Part shown: positions 61,915 to 64,000 of the stretch, one piece after another
Layout of the letters: every line of letters starts with the position of its first letter
Numbering within the stretch: position 1 is the stretch's first letter
DNA from: Bdellovibrionota bacterium
GTDB taxonomy: Bacteria; Bdellovibrionota_C; UBA2361; JAFLCA01
Assembly: GCA_044347745.1 (NCBI GenBank)
Contig: JBIKUD010000008.1
Location: 26,841 to 90,840, forward strand
DNA length: 64,000 nucleotides
Direction: 5' to 3'
Program-made: the position numbers and the translations under genes
Notes under the pieces: generated by a model
The model's input: the letters and a program-made list of their open reading frames with translations, nothing else
The model's database searches: none
What the model was told of the DNA's origin: nothing

Positions 61915-63972
61915 TTATTTCAAATCTTGGGTAAATACTTCTTCGTTGAATTTATTTATTGCCTCGTACAAATCTGCACCTCGTACTTTGACTGCAACCT
62001 GGCCTCCGGCGGTTGAGCGGAACTCAAGTTCGATCCCTTGCTGGCTTCGGTAGTAACCTACTGCATATTGAAGGCTACGGGTGTTGTCCAAAATAAATCC
62101 AGTCTTTTTAAGTGCGCTTAATATCTCTTTATCTCCTTCGGCGTAATTCACGGGAAGAGCATATCCTGCGTTCCTGAGACTCGGCCTGGAGATGGCATAC
62201 GCTTGTTGGGCTAGGGAGACGTACTCCTCGGTTCCCGGTATCAGTTTTTGAAGGGAAACTATAATTGCGTGTAATCTCAACAAAGAGTCATATTTTGGCC
62301 TAGCGCCATTGATTACCTGGTTGAGTAGTTGGGTTCCGTTCTGCCGGTCTCCATGCTGAAGAAGATTTTCACCTTTGTATGCCTGGTAATAGAGCTGCGC
62401 ATCTTTACGCGAATCTTGCGCAATTTCTCGGGCAAGGCGATCTTCTAAAGTTGACGAGGGAATGCCAGCGAGCACGGTGCCAAATGTGGGGTACTCAATT
62501 AGGCTGTCGGTGTTTCGAATAAAGAGATCTTCAATGTTCTTGAGATCTTCAATAAGCACCTGTCGGGCGCGACGCATAAGCCACCATGCTCGTACTCGAT
62601 GCTCCGCGATACGCTTCCATTTTTTCATTTCTTCAAAGACGCCATTGGTTAACTGAATTGAGAGCGAATGAGCCTGTGCTTGTAGAGCAGCGCTCAGCGA
62701 GATAAGACCAGCCGAATAGAGGTCGTCTTGGTTGGTGCCAATTTTACCAAACCATTGCCTATGTTGCAGTGCGCTTTCAAATTTTGAAATGGCTTGTGCG
62801 CTGTCCCCTGAATGAAAAGCAATCCGTCCGCGTGCAAGCTCAACAAGCGCTCGGTGCTCTTCGCCATTTCTAAGGGGATACTGTGCGATGCAGCTCTCAA
62901 AATTATCCAATGCCCTCGATGCGCCTACAAGGTTAAGTTGTTCAAGGTAGAGGAGAGTTAAATTGAGGGTAGGCAACACATGCTCGCAGCCATCGGGCAT
63001 CCCAGTAGCACGCAACCAGGATCCTTCAGCTTTATCTTCTTGGAAAATCTCCTCATATACCTCACCAGAGTTATTGAGTGGTGTCGCCGGCTGACCAAGT
63101 GTTCCCAGTGCAAGCTCCTCAGCTATAGCTTCGCGAAAAATACGCAAAGAGCCCTCTCGGTCCTTCTTCATGCTGAGTAAAATTCCGAGTACATTAAGCG
63201 AGCGCCCTCTTTCTTGACCGGAGAGTACAGCTAGCCGCGCGGCGGCGATGGCGTCATCTAGGCGGTCAAGCTTCATCAGCACCCAGGCCCGGGAGCCGTA
63301 GTACCATTCAGCGCTATACCCAAGCTTTGCATACTCATCGAGCACATCGAGTGAGCCTTGGTAGTCGTCAAGATTGAGGCGAACTTGTGAGAGAATATAG
63401 AGCAGATGCCCGTGCTGCATTCGTAATCTAAAGTCGCTATAGGGGGGCTTGCCGTTTTGTTCTTCGAATAGTTGCTGGGCTTTTTTAATATATTTGAGTG
63501 ACAAACGGTAATGGCCTACGTGAGCCAGATAATAACCCGAGAGAAGAGAGTGCACTTGAAAAGAGTTTGGGTCTTTTTCGAGTGCTCGAAGGAGCTTCGT
63601 GCGCGCGTCCAAAAGGCGCTCGTCTTGCATTAAGATAGTTGCCTCAAGAAGTAGTTCATCAGCGCTCTTATTTTTATCAGCGGCAGCGTCAGTATCGTCA
63701 ACCGAGTTATTGTAGGCTTCAAATGGATCAAGAGGATCTAGCGGTTGTGAGTGTATATCCCCGCCATGTATACAAACGGAAAAAAGGAATGCTATCAAGC
63801 ACTCTCGCAATCTGATTGAGCGTTGTTTCCAGTGATTATCAGCGCCTAGTTCTTTCTGCGCTATAGATTTATTTGCGTCGAAATAGATGCCGTAGCGTAC
63901 TGACGAGCGCCAAATGGAGATTAGCGATGAAAGCTTTAGTGTTTGCCAATTTACCATCGGCCGCCTCCCCAT
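61915..63972 (-). CDS. TPR-like repeat protein with an N-terminal signal/TM segment, co-oriented immediately upstream of MoxR
   Basis: 685 aa. It has a hydrophobic LIAFLFSVCIHG segment and many helical-repeat segments with TPR-like W/Y/L/A spacing. A 10-nt gap separates it from MoxR. Confidence 0.5.
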   Translation of the reverse strand: MGRRPMVNWQTLKLSSLISIWRSSVRYGIYFDANKSIAQKELGADNHWKQRSIRLRECLIAFLFSVCIHGGDIHSQPLDPLDPFEAYNNSVDDTDAAADKNKSADELLLEATILMQDERLLDARTKLLRALEKDPNSFQVHSLLSGYYLAHVGHYRLSLKYIKKAQQLFEEQNGKPPYSDFRLRMQHGHLLYILSQVRLNLDDYQGSLDVLDEYAKLGYSAEWYYGSRAWVLMKLDRLDDAIAAARLAVLSGQERGRSLNVLGILLSMKKDREGSLRIFREAIAEELALGTLGQPATPLNNSGEVYEEIFQEDKAEGSWLRATGMPDGCEHVLPTLNLTLLYLEQLNLVGASRALDNFESCIAQYPLRNGEEHRALVELARGRIAFHSGDSAQAISKFESALQHRQWFGKIGTNQDDLYSAGLISLSAALQAQAHSLSIQLTNGVFEEMKKWKRIAEHRVRAWWLMRRARQVLIEDLKNIEDLFIRNTDSLIEYPTFGTVLAGIPSSTLEDRLAREIAQDSRKDAQLYYQAYKGENLLQHGDRQNGTQLLNQVINGARPKYDSLLRLHAIIVSLQKLIPGTEEYVSLAQQAYAISRPSLRNAGYALPVNYAEGDKEILSALKKTGFILDNTRSLQYAVGYYRSQQGIELEFRSTAGGQVAVKVRGADLYEAINKFNEEVFTQDLK

Positions 63973-64000
63973 ACATGAAGCACGGAAGCAGGATTAATAA

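Noticed and set aside
1-64000. CRISPR arrays, transposases, integrases, tRNA or rRNA genes
   Set aside because: I saw no spaced direct repeats, no DDE/tyrosine-recombinase-like ORFs and no tRNA T-loop/acceptor signatures by eye. Absence is not proven without tRNAscan or Rfam.

Overview
This 64 kb window looks like a chromosomal stretch from a diderm (Gram-negative-type) bacterium at roughly 48-50% GC. The outer-membrane genes (Skp/OmpH-like chaperone, TonB-dependent receptor) support the diderm call. I made all calls by reading the supplied ORF translations for family-level motifs and by inspecting the DNA between ORFs. No searches were run.

The conserved backbone includes:
- a parC-parE (topoisomerase IV) pair,
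- transketolase,
- GTP-dependent PEP carboxykinase,
- rpiA, a fumC-like lyase, an isolated infC and murI,
- an NfeD-stomatin pair,
- a Cys-type glutathione peroxidase,
- a cobalamin-riboswitch-controlled btuB-btuF-btuD-btuC-like uptake operon.

The most unusual part is a ~20 kb island at about 9.0-29.4 kb. It holds three adjacent TadE/TadG-like (Flp/Tad pseudopilin) genes, and one of them carries a ~270-residue Thr-Pro repeat tract plus a Cys-rich C-terminal knot. Next to them sit:
- a polyprenol-phosphate-sugar-type GT2 glycosyltransferase,
- three paralogous GT-C-type integral-membrane glycosyltransferase-like proteins (PMT/ArnT-like DE motifs, DUF2298/YYY-type), including a 1333-aa fusion,
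- a degenerate ABC-ATPase-like membrane protein,
- a VKOR-DsbA fusion.

My inference is a dedicated O-glycosylation plus disulfide-maturation system for Thr/Pro-repeat pseudopilins.

Other notable regions:
- a ~950 bp ORF-free stretch (5.84-6.79 kb) with internal imperfect repeats and an orphan minus-strand intrinsic terminator, a candidate ncRNA;
- a decayed accessory segment (34.0-37.5 kb) with an O-methyltransferase interrupted by an in-frame stop, another methyltransferase-like gene and a 5'-truncated Fe/2OG-dioxygenase;
- a CgeB-like glycosyltransferase with a lectin-like tail beside a TPR-protein/MoxR AAA+ pair.

I recognised no rRNA, tRNA, CRISPR array, transposase or integrase by eye.
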